Origin: Planctomycetota bacterium
GTDB taxonomy: Bacteria; Planctomycetota; B15-G4
DNA length: 64,000 nt
Reading direction: 5' to 3'
NCBI GenBank assembly: GCA_965248575.1
Contig: CBDFJQ010000002.1
Span: 3,840,001 to 3,904,000, forward strand
The notes under the pieces were generated by a model. The model did not search any database. It was given only the letters and a program-made list of their open reading frames with translations, and was not told the origin of the DNA. A program made the position numbers and the translations under genes. This document shows, piece by piece, positions 9,751 through 19,308 of the stretch (position 1 is its first letter; each line of letters opens with the position of its first letter).

Positions 9751-10738
9751 GGGTGCGGACCAACAGGACGTCGGCGAAGAGCCGTTCGGGGTCCGTGTAG
9801 GCCTGGCGCACCTCGAAGCCCGTGCCCTGCACTGCGGCGCTAAAACTCTCCGAGCTGTACTTGCAGGAGAGTTCGGTGCGGATCTCTTGGCCTGCTTCGA
9901 GCCGGATGCGCAAGTCGAGTGCATCGATGTGCACATCCACCGCGCGCGTGGCGCGCACGCGGATGTCCACCCAGGCCTTCGCGGCGTCGTAGAAGGCGTG
10001 GTGCTCGAAGGCGTCCACGGGGAAGTCGGCCCCGAAGCGCCGGTTGAGCACGGTGAGCACGTTCTTGTTGAAGGCGGCCGTGACGCCGGCGGCGTCATTG
10101 TAGGCCGCATCGAGGCGCGCACTGTCCTTGATCAGGTCGATGCCCACCAGGAAGCCGTCGCCCTCCGCGAGTTGCTGGGCAACGAGGGTAAGGAAGGCCG
10201 GAACCTGGTCCGGGTGCAGGTTGCCGAGGGTGCCAGCGAAGAAGGTGACGAGCCGCGAGCCGGGCTCGTGGTTCGCGCCCAGGGTCTTCAGGTCATGCAG
10301 GAAGTCCGCCTCGAGACCGCGTACGCGCAGCTCGGGGTAGGCGGCGGCGAGGCGTGCCACCGAGCCCTGGAGGAAGTCCCCGCTGATGTCCAGCAAGGTG
10401 CAGTGGGTGAGGTCGCCCGGAGCGTGCAGGGCATCCAGGAGGACGTGTGTCTTGCGGCCACTGCCGGCACCCAACTCGATGTACTCGGTGGGGTGGATCT
10501 CTGCTGCGATCGCCCCCGCGTATTCTTCCAGGATCGCAAGCTCAGTGCGGGTCTGGTAGTACTCGGGCTCGTGGGTGATGCGCTCGAAGAGCTCGCTGCC
10601 GTGCTCGTCGTACAGCAGGCTGCAGGGGATTTCGGGCAAGGCCTTGGTGAGGCCCGCTCGCAGTTCGCGTGCCTCGGGGCTCAGGGAGGCGGCAGTCGAG
10701 CTGTGGGGCCGCAGGGACTTCTCTGGGTGATCGCTCAT
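9743..10738 (-). CDS. egtD: L-histidine N-alpha-methyltransferase (hercynine synthase)
   Basis: YDEHGSELFERIT.EPEYYQTRTE, ELGAGSGRKT, GTLGN, AAYNDAAGVTAAFNKN, IRTELSCKY. Confidence 0.92.
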   Translation of the reverse strand: MSDHPEKSLRPHSSTAASLSPEARELRAGLTKALPEIPCSLLYDEHGSELFERITHEPEYYQTRTELAILEEYAGAIAAEIHPTEYIELGAGSGRKTHVLLDALHAPGDLTHCTLLDISGDFLQGSVARLAAAYPELRVRGLEADFLHDLKTLGANHEPGSRLVTFFAGTLGNLHPDQVPAFLTLVAQQLAEGDGFLVGIDLIKDSARLDAAYNDAAGVTAAFNKNVLTVLNRRFGADFPVDAFEHHAFYDAAKAWVDIRVRATRAVDVHIDALDLRIRLEAGQEIRTELSCKYSSESFSAAVQGTGFEVRQAYTDPERLFADVLLVRTHA

Positions 10739-10932
10739 GAGCCTCTGGCAGGGGCGGACGAGTTGTAGGCGCTCTTCGTACGGGCAGCTGGTGCACCAGC
10801 ATACGGGAGTTCGGGTTCCCAGCGCACGGGGCGTCGGCCGGTGATAGCCTCCAGCCCCAGCGCATGCGCTGCCGACAGAAGCGCCGTGATGCCTGCGAGC
10901 TTCCCCTCCTTCCGTTGCTAGAATCCGCCGCC

Positions 10933-12444
10933 ATGAACCGGCTTTCCGCCTTGCTCGTGATTGGCAGTCTGTTTCTGGTGATCCTGGGCGCACCGGCCTA
11001 CGAGATCGCCGGGGGCAATTGGCCGACGGCTGGCATGAAGGGTGAGGTGACCACCGAGGCCCTGCTGACCGGCAGCGTCGCCAAGGAAGTGGAGAGCACC
11101 CTCGAGGCGAACGCCCTGCTCTCGGAGCGCATCAGACCCCGTTACAACGAACTCATGTTCCTGGGCCTAGGTGTTGCTTCACCCAGGGTGCTGATCGGCC
11201 AGGACGACTGGCTGTTTCTCGCGTCGCGGATTGGGGCTCGGCCCAACGCCGCCATGAACCGCCTGTCCACTACCTGCGCTGAGGTTGCCGTGCTCGTGGA
11301 TTGGTTCGAGCGCAACGGCACCCACGTCGTCTTCGAGTTCATCCCCCGCAAGCAGTCGCTCTACCCGGAGCAATTGCCGAAGGCCCTGAACCCGCCCTAT
11401 GAACCAGTGTTCCCGGAGCTCTTGGCGGCGATGCAGGCGGCCGGTCTGCACGTGGTGGACCTGCGGGAAGCGCTGGGCCCCCGGGATGGCGCGTTCTTCC
11501 TGACCAATGACGACCATTGGAACCACGAGGGATCGCGGCGCGCCGCCCAGGCAGTGGCGCAGGAGATCAAGGCGCTCTACCCGGACGGAGATCTTCCGGG
11601 CACGCCCGTCGATGCAGAGATCCGCACCAGCGAGAGCTACCGGTTTGCCGGGAACCTGGTGGACATGCTGGGGTTTCAAAAAGACGGCTACATGTACGAG
11701 CGCTTCAGCGTTGACCGTGCGCGCATCCGGGCCTTTCCGCCCGGCTCGCCGCGACCGTTCACGGGCTCGGACGAACCACAGGCCATCACGGTGTTGGGCA
11801 CCAGCTTCTCCGCGGGCTTCCACACGGCCTCCCTGCTGATGGGGTATCTGGGGCGCGAGGTGGAGAACCGCTCCAAGGCTGGTCTCGCCGGCGGCTACCG
11901 CATGGCGGACCTGTGCCGCGAGTTGTTGCTGGGCCTGCGTGACTTCCCCGAGCTGCTGGTGTGGGAGTTCCCCGAGGACTTCTTGATTCAGACAGTGCCG
12001 TACTTCGTGCAGCCGCTCACGAGCGTGACGGATGTCGCCGACGGCTTCCCCTACACGAAGCGGGCGCTGCCCGTGAAGGAGCGCACGGTCACGGGCATCC
12101 GTGTGACGGGTGAAGATGAGTCGGGTTTGTCGGGCACGATCAGCGCTCCCAACGGCTCGCTGGTCTACACCCTGGAACGGCCGGTTCCGGGCGATGGCTC
12201 GGCGGTGGTGGCCTTCCCCGTGCTCGTCTCTGGCCAGGGTTTCCAGACCACGGCCTGGGACACCGGCGCGAAGGTGGGGTCGGGCGGTGTGCGCAAGACG
12301 TTGCTGCGCAACTCCGAGTTTCCGCACCTTGTGATCGTCTCACTCAAGACCGAGGACGGTTCGCCGGTGAGGCGCATCCACATCAAGCCCTTCGACAAGT
12401 TTGCGCGTTTTCACCTGGGCCCGCCGGAGTTGTGGACCCGCTAG
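10933..12444 (+). CDS. AlgJ/AlgX-like SGNH O-acetyltransferase with extra C-terminal domain
   Basis: N-terminal TM; VLIGQDDWLFL, IPRKQSLYPE, DDHWN (DxH), VLGTSFS, LLVWEFPE; directly upstream of an MBOAT gene. Confidence 0.82.
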   Translation: MNRLSALLVIGSLFLVILGAPAYEIAGGNWPTAGMKGEVTTEALLTGSVAKEVESTLEANALLSERIRPRYNELMFLGLGVASPRVLIGQDDWLFLASRIGARPNAAMNRLSTTCAEVAVLVDWFERNGTHVVFEFIPRKQSLYPEQLPKALNPPYEPVFPELLAAMQAAGLHVVDLREALGPRDGAFFLTNDDHWNHEGSRRAAQAVAQEIKALYPDGDLPGTPVDAEIRTSESYRFAGNLVDMLGFQKDGYMYERFSVDRARIRAFPPGSPRPFTGSDEPQAITVLGTSFSAGFHTASLLMGYLGREVENRSKAGLAGGYRMADLCRELLLGLRDFPELLVWEFPEDFLIQTVPYFVQPLTSVTDVADGFPYTKRALPVKERTVTGIRVTGEDESGLSGTISAPNGSLVYTLERPVPGDGSAVVAFPVLVSGQGFQTTAWDTGAKVGSGGVRKTLLRNSEFPHLVIVSLKTEDGSPVRRIHIKPFDKFARFHLGPPELWTR

Positions 12445-12462
12445 TCGGGATCCGGTGACGTC

Positions 12463-13926
12463 ATGATCTTCACGAGTCAGATATTCCTGTTCTGGTTCCT
12501 GCCGAGCATCCTGCTCCTCTACTACCTGCTGCCGTTCAAGTTCCGCAGTGGGTTGTTGGTGCTGGTGAGCTACCTGTTCTACGGCTGGTGGCGCCCGGAC
12601 TTCGTGCTGCTGATGTTGGTCAGCACGCTGATCGACTTCTGGTGCGGGCGCGGCATCGGGCGCATGCACGCGGCCGTGGACAGCGCGCCCAATGACGCAG
12701 CGGCGGCGGGCCTTGTCAAGAAACGCAAACGCTTCCTGCTGCTCTCGATGTGCGCCAACCTCGGCTTGTTGGGGTACTTCAAGTACTGGAACTTCGGCAT
12801 CGACAGCCTGAACGTGCTGCTCGAGGCCTGGGAGGTGGCGCCCATCCAGTGGGCGGCCATCGTGCTGCCCGTGGGCATCTCCTTCTACACCTTCCAGTCC
12901 ATGTCGTACTCCATCGATGTGTACCGCAAGGACGCGCCGCCCGTCTCGCGCTTCATCGACTTCGCCTGCTACATCTCGCTGTTCCCGCAGCTCGTGGCCG
13001 GGCCCATCGTGCGTTACCAGACCTTGGCCCATCAGCTCACCCAGCGGGACCACACCCTCGACAAGTTCGCGCGCGGCGCCTTCCTGTTCCAGGTGGGTTT
13101 CATCAAGAAGCTGCTCATCGCGGACACGGTAGCGGTGGTGGCGGCGCAGGCCTTCGATCTGTCGGACCCCACGGCGACGGAGGCCTGGCTGGGTGCGGTG
13201 GCCTACACCTTCCAGATCTACTTCGACTTCTCTGGCTACTCGGACATGGCCATCGGCCTGGGCTACCTGTTCGGTTTCACTTTTCCCATCAACTTCGATT
13301 CGCCCTACAAGTCCAAGAGCATCACTGAGTTCTGGCGCCGCTGGCATGTGTCCCTGTCCACTTGGTTACGGGACTATCTCTACATTCCGCTGGGGGGCAA
13401 CCAGCGCGGGCCGCGGCGCACCTACCTCAACCTGTCCTTGACCATGTTGCTGGGCGGCCTGTGGCACGGGGCCGCCTGGACCTACATCGTCTGGGGCGCG
13501 TACCAAGGGGCTTGGCTGGCCTTCGAGCGTTGGCTGGGCAAGCGCTCGCTCTACTCGATGTTGCCGTCCGCGGGCCAGGTGTTGTGCACCTTCCTGATCG
13601 CGATCGTGGGCTGGGTGTTCTTCCGCGCTGAGAGCATGAGCCAGGCCGGGCAATTCCTGGGAGCCATGTTCGGCCTGGGGGGTGTGATCGAGGGGGGCGT
13701 GACCGAAGGCGCCGCGGCGACGGGCTCGAGGATCCAGATCGACGCGCTGCAGATGCTCATGCTGTGGTTGGCGCCTGCCATCTGCTGGTTCCTGCCCAAC
13801 AGCCAACAGCTCGCCAACAGGGAGGGCTTCGGTTGGCCCCGGGTGGCTGCAGCCATGCTCTTCCCGCTGGCGGTGTGCCACCTGTTCTTCGTGAGCTACT
13901 CGCCCTTCCTCTACTTCCAGTTTTGA
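12463..13926 (+). CDS. algI: MBOAT family O-acyltransferase, AlgI-like
   Basis: LPVGISFYTFQSMSY, FPQLVAGPI, QIYFDFSGYSDMAIG, FWRRWHVSLSTWLRDYLYIPLGG, GLWHGA, FLYFQF C-terminus. Confidence 0.9.
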   Translation: MIFTSQIFLFWFLPSILLLYYLLPFKFRSGLLVLVSYLFYGWWRPDFVLLMLVSTLIDFWCGRGIGRMHAAVDSAPNDAAAAGLVKKRKRFLLLSMCANLGLLGYFKYWNFGIDSLNVLLEAWEVAPIQWAAIVLPVGISFYTFQSMSYSIDVYRKDAPPVSRFIDFACYISLFPQLVAGPIVRYQTLAHQLTQRDHTLDKFARGAFLFQVGFIKKLLIADTVAVVAAQAFDLSDPTATEAWLGAVAYTFQIYFDFSGYSDMAIGLGYLFGFTFPINFDSPYKSKSITEFWRRWHVSLSTWLRDYLYIPLGGNQRGPRRTYLNLSLTMLLGGLWHGAAWTYIVWGAYQGAWLAFERWLGKRSLYSMLPSAGQVLCTFLIAIVGWVFFRAESMSQAGQFLGAMFGLGGVIEGGVTEGAAATGSRIQIDALQMLMLWLAPAICWFLPNSQQLANREGFGWPRVAAAMLFPLAVCHLFFVSYSPFLYFQF

Positions 13927-13939
13927 TCGGAGCGTCGCC

Positions 13940-16183
13940 ATGAAGCGTGCGGGCTGGGCGCTGCTGGTGTTCGCCGTCTTGTCCGCCGTGCTCTGGGTGG
14001 TGTTGGACGAGGAGACGCCCAGGTCGGACAGCCCGCCGGTGTCGAGGGAAGATGCGACCCGGCGTGCACAGGCGGCGCGGGAGATGTCTGTTCAGCCCGA
14101 AGCGGGAGCTGGGCTTCGCCCGTTGCCGGTGGAAGCTGACGAGGTCAGCGATCCCCTGCCGCTCAACACGTCTTCTGTGCCTGTGCTGCAGGTCGAGGTG
14201 TTCGTGGAGAGCTTCGAAGGGGAGGCGGGACACATCCCCGCGGTGGGACTCCCGGTGGCTTTGGGGGTCAGTACCTCGCGTACGGATCTCTCCGAGCCTC
14301 TGCACCAGCTCGTGACGGATGATCAGGGCGTGGCTCGAGTCGATCTCCCGTGGCGCGCTCGTTACGAGTCGCGTTCGCCTCGCTGGTTTGTCTGGGCTCG
14401 CGTGAAGAGTGAGGGCTGGCTGGAACGGGTGCGCTTCGGGCAGGTTCCCTTGCTTCCCGCTGAAGGCGTCAGCATCCAGGTGTCGGCGATCCGTGGCGTT
14501 GAGGTCTGGGGGCGGGTGATCGGGCCGGACGGCGAGCCCACGCACGCACGGGTCGACTGGTGGTCGCTCGAGGAGGGCTCCCGCGTCACGGGATTCCTGG
14601 GCAACGCCGATGAGAACGGTCTCTTCAGCGGCGAGCTCAGCGTGCAAGGCCGGCTGCGCTTGTACGCCATGGGGCGTTCGACGTTCCTCGGTCGGAATCG
14701 CGATCTGAAAGCTGGCGCGGCGGACGTGGGCACCGGTGCGTCCGAGGAGTTTCGTGTGCGCTTCGATGAGCAGCCGCCGTTCATCGAGTTCGCTGTCTCG
14801 GGCCCAGGTGTCCTGCGTGGTCGGCTCTTGGATGGGGCAGGGCGGGCCGTGCCCCAACACCTGCTGATTGCTGTCTTGGCGGAGAAGGACGCAGAGCTTT
14901 CGGGGCGCGTGGGCCGCGACCCGGTGGTCCATGCATCCGACCTGGGCCTGCAGGGCGGCGGACATGTGTTCGCCGACGCTGAAACGGGCCCCGACGGCAG
15001 GTTCTTGATCCAGGGGCTTCGTGGGGGCAGCTATCACCTGCGGGTGAAACCACCAGCGGAAGGTGCTGCCACCAGTTGGCAACGCCTGACTGAGCAGGCC
15101 ATTCCGGCCAACGGTGCGCCGTTCCAGCTGACGTACGTCCGCTCGCACCTCGCGATTCATGTGCGCCGCTCCGATGGAGAGCTGCCGGGCCCACTTCATC
15201 GTGGCCAAGAACTGGGCCTGGCGATTCCGGTCGGAGAGCGCGCCGAAGGGGACTCACCCATGCTGTCCGTGATGCACGCTCCGGGTTCTTTCTCCTGGAG
15301 TGCCGGTGGGGAGAAACGTCGACTGGTCGCTGACAGGGTGGGTGAAGGAGAGTTCCTCGTGGACGTCGAGCCCGGATCCGTCGTGGATGTCGGCTTGATC
15401 GGCGAGGGAATCCCTTGGCGGTCCCGACGAGTCGCCCTGCCACAGGGCGGAGGGCGGGTTGATGTGGAACTCGTCCTTCCAGAGCCAACGTCGACCGGTG
15501 TGCTGGTGCTGCACGTCCTGGATCGGCGAGGTGAGGCACCGCAGGGGCCCGTGCGCGTGCGTGTGGAAGAGCCTGGGACCGGTGCGGTGCTCTTCGAGTC
15601 CACGGCTTCGGCGCGGCAAGGCAGCTTGGAAAAGCGCGCCGTGCTGCCGACGGGGCGATACCTCCTACGCGTGGACGGCTTGGCGTCGCGCAGTTTCTGG
15701 CACGGCACCGTTACGGGCAGCCGGAGCCACGGCAGTGCCGAGCGGGTCGTGGACGTGGAGCCTGGCCGTGAACAGCAAGTGACCCTGCAGCTCAACGCAG
15801 GTTCCCGGCTCGCTGTGACTGTGGTCGGAAACCCGGGCGGACCATCGAACTCTGCCAGCGCATCCGTGTCGTGGATGGGGCCGGGGGCACGGGCGCTGCG
15901 CCAGGTCTACTTCGGTGAGCCAACACTCTCAGTGGCACTGCGCCTCGAGCACGAGGCTCGCTGGCCCGAAGAGGTCTTCTTCCTGCGTGAGGCCAAGCAG
16001 GGTACATCCGCCGCAGGTCTGCATTTGTTGTCGACTCTCGCCCTGGGAGAGGAAGCGACCTCTGAGTTGTTGGCTCCGGGGGACTACACACTGGTCGCGG
16101 TGGGCCCCGATGGACGGGAGCGGCGCCAAGCGGTGAGCCTCGTGGACGGCGAGACCTTGGCTGTCCGCGTGTTGTTGGACTGA
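13940..16183 (+). CDS. Membrane-anchored protein with carboxypeptidase-regulatory-like repeats
   Basis: N-terminal TM followed by repeats VWGRVIGPDGEP, LRGRLLDGAGRAV, ETGPDGRFLIQGL, LAPGDYTLVA. Confidence 0.75.
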   Translation: MKRAGWALLVFAVLSAVLWVVLDEETPRSDSPPVSREDATRRAQAAREMSVQPEAGAGLRPLPVEADEVSDPLPLNTSSVPVLQVEVFVESFEGEAGHIPAVGLPVALGVSTSRTDLSEPLHQLVTDDQGVARVDLPWRARYESRSPRWFVWARVKSEGWLERVRFGQVPLLPAEGVSIQVSAIRGVEVWGRVIGPDGEPTHARVDWWSLEEGSRVTGFLGNADENGLFSGELSVQGRLRLYAMGRSTFLGRNRDLKAGAADVGTGASEEFRVRFDEQPPFIEFAVSGPGVLRGRLLDGAGRAVPQHLLIAVLAEKDAELSGRVGRDPVVHASDLGLQGGGHVFADAETGPDGRFLIQGLRGGSYHLRVKPPAEGAATSWQRLTEQAIPANGAPFQLTYVRSHLAIHVRRSDGELPGPLHRGQELGLAIPVGERAEGDSPMLSVMHAPGSFSWSAGGEKRRLVADRVGEGEFLVDVEPGSVVDVGLIGEGIPWRSRRVALPQGGGRVDVELVLPEPTSTGVLVLHVLDRRGEAPQGPVRVRVEEPGTGAVLFESTASARQGSLEKRAVLPTGRYLLRVDGLASRSFWHGTVTGSRSHGSAERVVDVEPGREQQVTLQLNAGSRLAVTVVGNPGGPSNSASASVSWMGPGARALRQVYFGEPTLSVALRLEHEARWPEEVFFLREAKQGTSAAGLHLLSTLALGEEATSELLAPGDYTLVAVGPDGRERRQAVSLVDGETLAVRVLLD

Positions 16184-16209
16184 GGGCCAGCGCGCGTCGG
16201 ACGCGCGAC

Positions 16210-16350
16210 TCAGTAGAGCCGGTACTCGAAGGGGTCGACGGGGGTCTTCGAGGACTTGAAGGCCAGGTACAGCAAGAGCGCCACGAAGAGCAGGATGGGC
16301 GTCACCCAATAGCGCTTGTTGCAGGCCAGGTAGCTGAAGAAGGACTTCAT
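16210..16350 (-). CDS. Small membrane protein, DUF5989-like
   Basis: 46 aa MKSFFSYLACNKRYWVTPILLF...PFEYRLY fits the KxWxxP-hydrophobic-PFxY pattern as I recall it. Confidence 0.7.
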   Translation of the reverse strand: MKSFFSYLACNKRYWVTPILLFVALLLYLAFKSSKTPVDPFEYRLY

Positions 16351-16449
16351 GGGATCGGCGACTTCCAGTCCATGGAACGGAGACGGCCTTGAGCGCGCCA
16401 GCATACGACGCCTTGGGGGAGCGCGACACGGGACGCCGCAAGCAGAGCT

Positions 16450-16704
16450 CTAGCGGAGGAGTGTCTTGCTGGCCCAGAGTAGGGCGGCTGCGATCGCGAG
16501 GCCACGGGCCAGCCAGGTGCGCGTGCGGTCCGCCTGCACCGTGAACACCCGCTGACTCCGGGAGCCGTGTCGTTTCCGCACGCGCTCTGCATGGTGCACC
16601 CGGCGCACGACCCGTTGCCGTTGTGAGCCGGGTTCGGAAGCCGAGCTGTCGGGGACAGCCTGCGGATCACGGCTCGGTCGGGGATGGATGGGGCTGATCT
16701 GCAT
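16450..16704 (-). CDS. Hypothetical small basic protein with C-terminal hydrophobic segment
   Basis: 84-aa ATG ORF filling the gap between two minus-strand small genes; no recognised motif. Confidence 0.35.
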   Translation of the reverse strand: MQISPIHPRPSRDPQAVPDSSASEPGSQRQRVVRRVHHAERVRKRHGSRSQRVFTVQADRTRTWLARGLAIAAALLWASKTLLR

Positions 16705-16946
16705 GATCGTGTGGAGTCGCCCAGGCGGGTGCGCGATGGGCGCCGAGATGGGGTGAGCTGAAAACGGATGCAGCTCCCACAGTGTGGGATGACCGTGAAA
16801 CAGCAGGCGACGGTCCAGGTCTTGCTGAAATCCGTGATGGGCGTCTCAAGGCGGCAGCTTCGTGACGTTTGAGCCGTGCTGGGCGCGCGCCCCCATCGCG
16901 TGCTCCCCAACGAGAGCAGCGGGCTCATGAGGGTGGTCGGCGCTCT

Positions 16947-17132
16947 CTAGCCGCCGAGCATGTCTGTGACGTTGCTCATGTAGTAAGCGTAGAAGGCCGC
17001 CACGGCTCCCAGGATGCCCAGCCGGATCCAGCGCCCGGATTGCTTCCGGGCGGCATCCATCAGCGCCACTTGCTCGAGTTCACACACGGATTCTTCGAGG
17101 CGGGCGAGGCGATCTTCCAGGGGCTCAGACAT
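16947..17132 (-). CDS. Hypothetical small protein (coiled coil + TM)
   Basis: GAGG upstream of ATG; LEDRLARLEESV heptads and one TM segment. Confidence 0.6.
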   Translation of the reverse strand: MSEPLEDRLARLEESVCELEQVALMDAARKQSGRWIRLGILGAVAAFYAYYMSNVTDMLGG

Positions 17133-17263
17133 GCTGCCTCTATCGACCAGCGGGTAGAGAGAGATGAAGGCGACCCCAAGATTGCACCCAAGTTAGGCTG
17201 TACGGCCTGCTGCCGTCCCGGCACTGAGCGCTGAACCAGAACCAGCCGACACGAAGGAGAACT

Positions 17264-17878
17264 GTGGGTTTCTATCGCGACTACATCCTTCCGCGCGGCG
17301 TCGACAAGGCACTGTCGGGGGAGGAGCACGAGGCGCAGCGCCAGAAGGTGACTGCAGGTCTGCACGGGCGGGTGCTGGAGATCGGCTTCGGTTCCGGGCG
17401 CAACCTGGCGTACTTGCCGGAGGAGGTCGAGCGCGTCGAGGCCGTGGAGCCGGCGAAGGGTGGGCGCAAGATCGCCTTGCCGCGCATGGATGCCTGCCAC
17501 GCAGACGTCGCCTTCGTGGCCGAGAATGCCGAGTCGGTGCCTCTGGAGGACGGCAGCATCGATTGCGCCTTGTCGACCTGGACGATCTGCAGCGTGGTGA
17601 GTCCGCCGCAGGCCCTCGCTGAGATCCGCCGGGTCCTGAAGCCCGGCGGTGCCTTGCATTTCGTGGACCACGGCCTGGCCCCTGACCCGAAGGTCGCTCG
17701 CTGGCAACGGCGCCTCGAACCGCTGCAACGCCTGGTGTTCGGCCGCTGTCGTCTGCAGCTGCCCATCGATGAGCTGCTGCGGGAGGCGGGCTTCGAACTG
17801 GAGGCGCTGGACCGCTTCTACATGCCGGGCCCGAAGATCTCGTCCTATATGTACGCGGGCGTGGCGCGCGTGCAGTGA
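17264..17878 (+). CDS. Class I SAM-dependent methyltransferase
   Basis: AAGGAG RBS; VLEIGFGSG, AVEP, EIRRVLKPGG. Confidence 0.9.
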   Translation: MGFYRDYILPRGVDKALSGEEHEAQRQKVTAGLHGRVLEIGFGSGRNLAYLPEEVERVEAVEPAKGGRKIALPRMDACHADVAFVAENAESVPLEDGSIDCALSTWTICSVVSPPQALAEIRRVLKPGGALHFVDHGLAPDPKVARWQRRLEPLQRLVFGRCRLQLPIDELLREAGFELEALDRFYMPGPKISSYMYAGVARVQ

Positions 17879-17885
17879 AGCGGGC

Positions 17886-18068
17886 CTACTCGGCCTCGCT
17901 CTTGAGGGAGATGGATCCGTCGCGCTCGATGCGCACGTGCAGGACATGCGGGCGGCAGCAGACGGGGCAGTCCTCCACGTACTCCTGTTCGGAGCCGGCG
18001 CTGAGGTCGACACCCACGACGATGTCTTCGCCACAGAAGTCGCAGGTGTAGATGTGTTCTTCAAGCAT
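17886..18068 (-). CDS. CPXCG-type cysteine-rich small protein
   Basis: 60 aa; CDFCGE and YVEDCPVCCRP. Confidence 0.85.
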   Translation of the reverse strand: MLEEHIYTCDFCGEDIVVGVDLSAGSEQEYVEDCPVCCRPHVLHVRIERDGSISLKSEAE

Positions 18069-18137
18069 CGCCGCATGATGCCACGGCGGGGTGTAGGGTA
18101 CGGGTCCTTGTGTCACGGATCGTGTGGAGAGCTGCCC

Positions 18138-19199
18138 GTGGGTGTGCTTGCGAGCGTTGTGTGTGCCGTTGTGCTGCCGCTTCTCGTTTCGGTGCAGGAG
18201 GAAGCGCCCAGCAGGGAGGACGAGGCCGTCGTGATGACGAACCATCTCACTTATGAGCCCGCACCCGATCTGCCCGGAGCTGGACGTCATGTGGTGCTGG
18301 TCGCCGGCGACGAGGAGTACCGGTCCGAGGAAGCCCTGCCCATGCTCGCGAAGATCCTGGCGCGGCGTCACGGCTTCCGCTGCACGGTTCTGTTCTCCTT
18401 GAACGAGCAGGGCGAGATCGACCCTACGGCGAGCTCACGGATCCCGGGGCTTGAGCTGCTGGACGAGGCGGACGCGCTCGTGTTGTTCACGCGTTTTCGG
18501 CGTCTGCCGGACGAAGACATGGAGCACATCGTGGCTTACGTCGAAGCGGGCCGGCCGTTCATCGCCTTGCGGACTGCAACCCACGCCTTTGCCTATGAGG
18601 CGGAGTCAACGAGCCCCTACGCGCACTGGTCCTGGAATCACGGGGAGCCATGGCCGGGTGGTTTCGGCCGCCAGGTGTTGGGGGAGACATGGGTCAACCA
18701 CCACGGTCACCACGGGCAGGAGAGCACGCGGGGCGTGGTGCCCGATGGGGTGCGCTCGCACCCCATCCTGCGAGGGGTGGAGGATGTGTGGGGGCCCAGC
18801 GATGTCTATGGCATTCGTGACCTGCCGGAGGATGCCGTCGTGCTGCTGGAGGGCTCGGTCCGGGCCGGCATGACACCCGACGCGCCAGCCGTGGAGGGGC
18901 CGAAGAATGACCCGCGCATGCCGATTGCCTGGTTGCGTGAACGGGACTTTGCGGCTTCGCCTGAGCCCGCCCCCGAGAGGCAGCGTCTTGTCACATCCAC
19001 CCTCGCCGCTGCCGTCGACATGCAGAGTGAAGGCTTGCGGCGCTTCCTGATCAACGCCGTTTACTGGTGTGTGGGATCCGAGGCGGCCATTCCTGCTCGC
19101 AATGACGCGCGCCTGGTGGGGGTCTACGAGCCCACGATGTTCGGGTTCGGCGGCTTCAAACCGAGGGTGCGCCCCGAGGATCACGCCCTCAACGACTGA
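18138..19199 (+). CDS. Exported ThuA-like (class I glutamine amidotransferase fold) domain protein
   Basis: GGAG before GTG 18138; VLVAGDEEYRSEE, FTRFRRLP, LRTATHAF, LGETWVNHHG. Confidence 0.82.
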   Translation: MGVLASVVCAVVLPLLVSVQEEAPSREDEAVVMTNHLTYEPAPDLPGAGRHVVLVAGDEEYRSEEALPMLAKILARRHGFRCTVLFSLNEQGEIDPTASSRIPGLELLDEADALVLFTRFRRLPDEDMEHIVAYVEAGRPFIALRTATHAFAYEAESTSPYAHWSWNHGEPWPGGFGRQVLGETWVNHHGHHGQESTRGVVPDGVRSHPILRGVEDVWGPSDVYGIRDLPEDAVVLLEGSVRAGMTPDAPAVEGPKNDPRMPIAWLRERDFAASPEPAPERQRLVTSTLAAAVDMQSEGLRRFLINAVYWCVGSEAAIPARNDARLVGVYEPTMFGFGGFKPRVRPEDHALND

Positions 19200-19308
19200 A
19201 GACACGAAGTCGGAGGCACACAAGCTGCGAAGTGTGCGCCATAGTGGTCGGCCTTCTCGTTCCCAACCCTCCCCCCCTCCCCTCTCCCCCCCCAACGGAG
19301 CCCATCCG

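Noticed and set aside
9751..10122. N-terminal extension of the 572-aa egtB ORF
   Set aside because: Overlaps egtD in another frame and is low-complexity; the ATG at 9750 is coupled to the egtD stop.
8404..10738. Ovothiol (OvoA) or selenoneine (SenA) pathway
   Set aside because: No C-terminal methyltransferase domain, an EgtD is adjacent, and there is no senB or selD-like gene in the window.
17649..18137. N-terminal extension of the ThuA ORF
   Set aside because: Overlaps the methyltransferase and the antisense CPXCG gene; an RBS and signal peptide support 18138.
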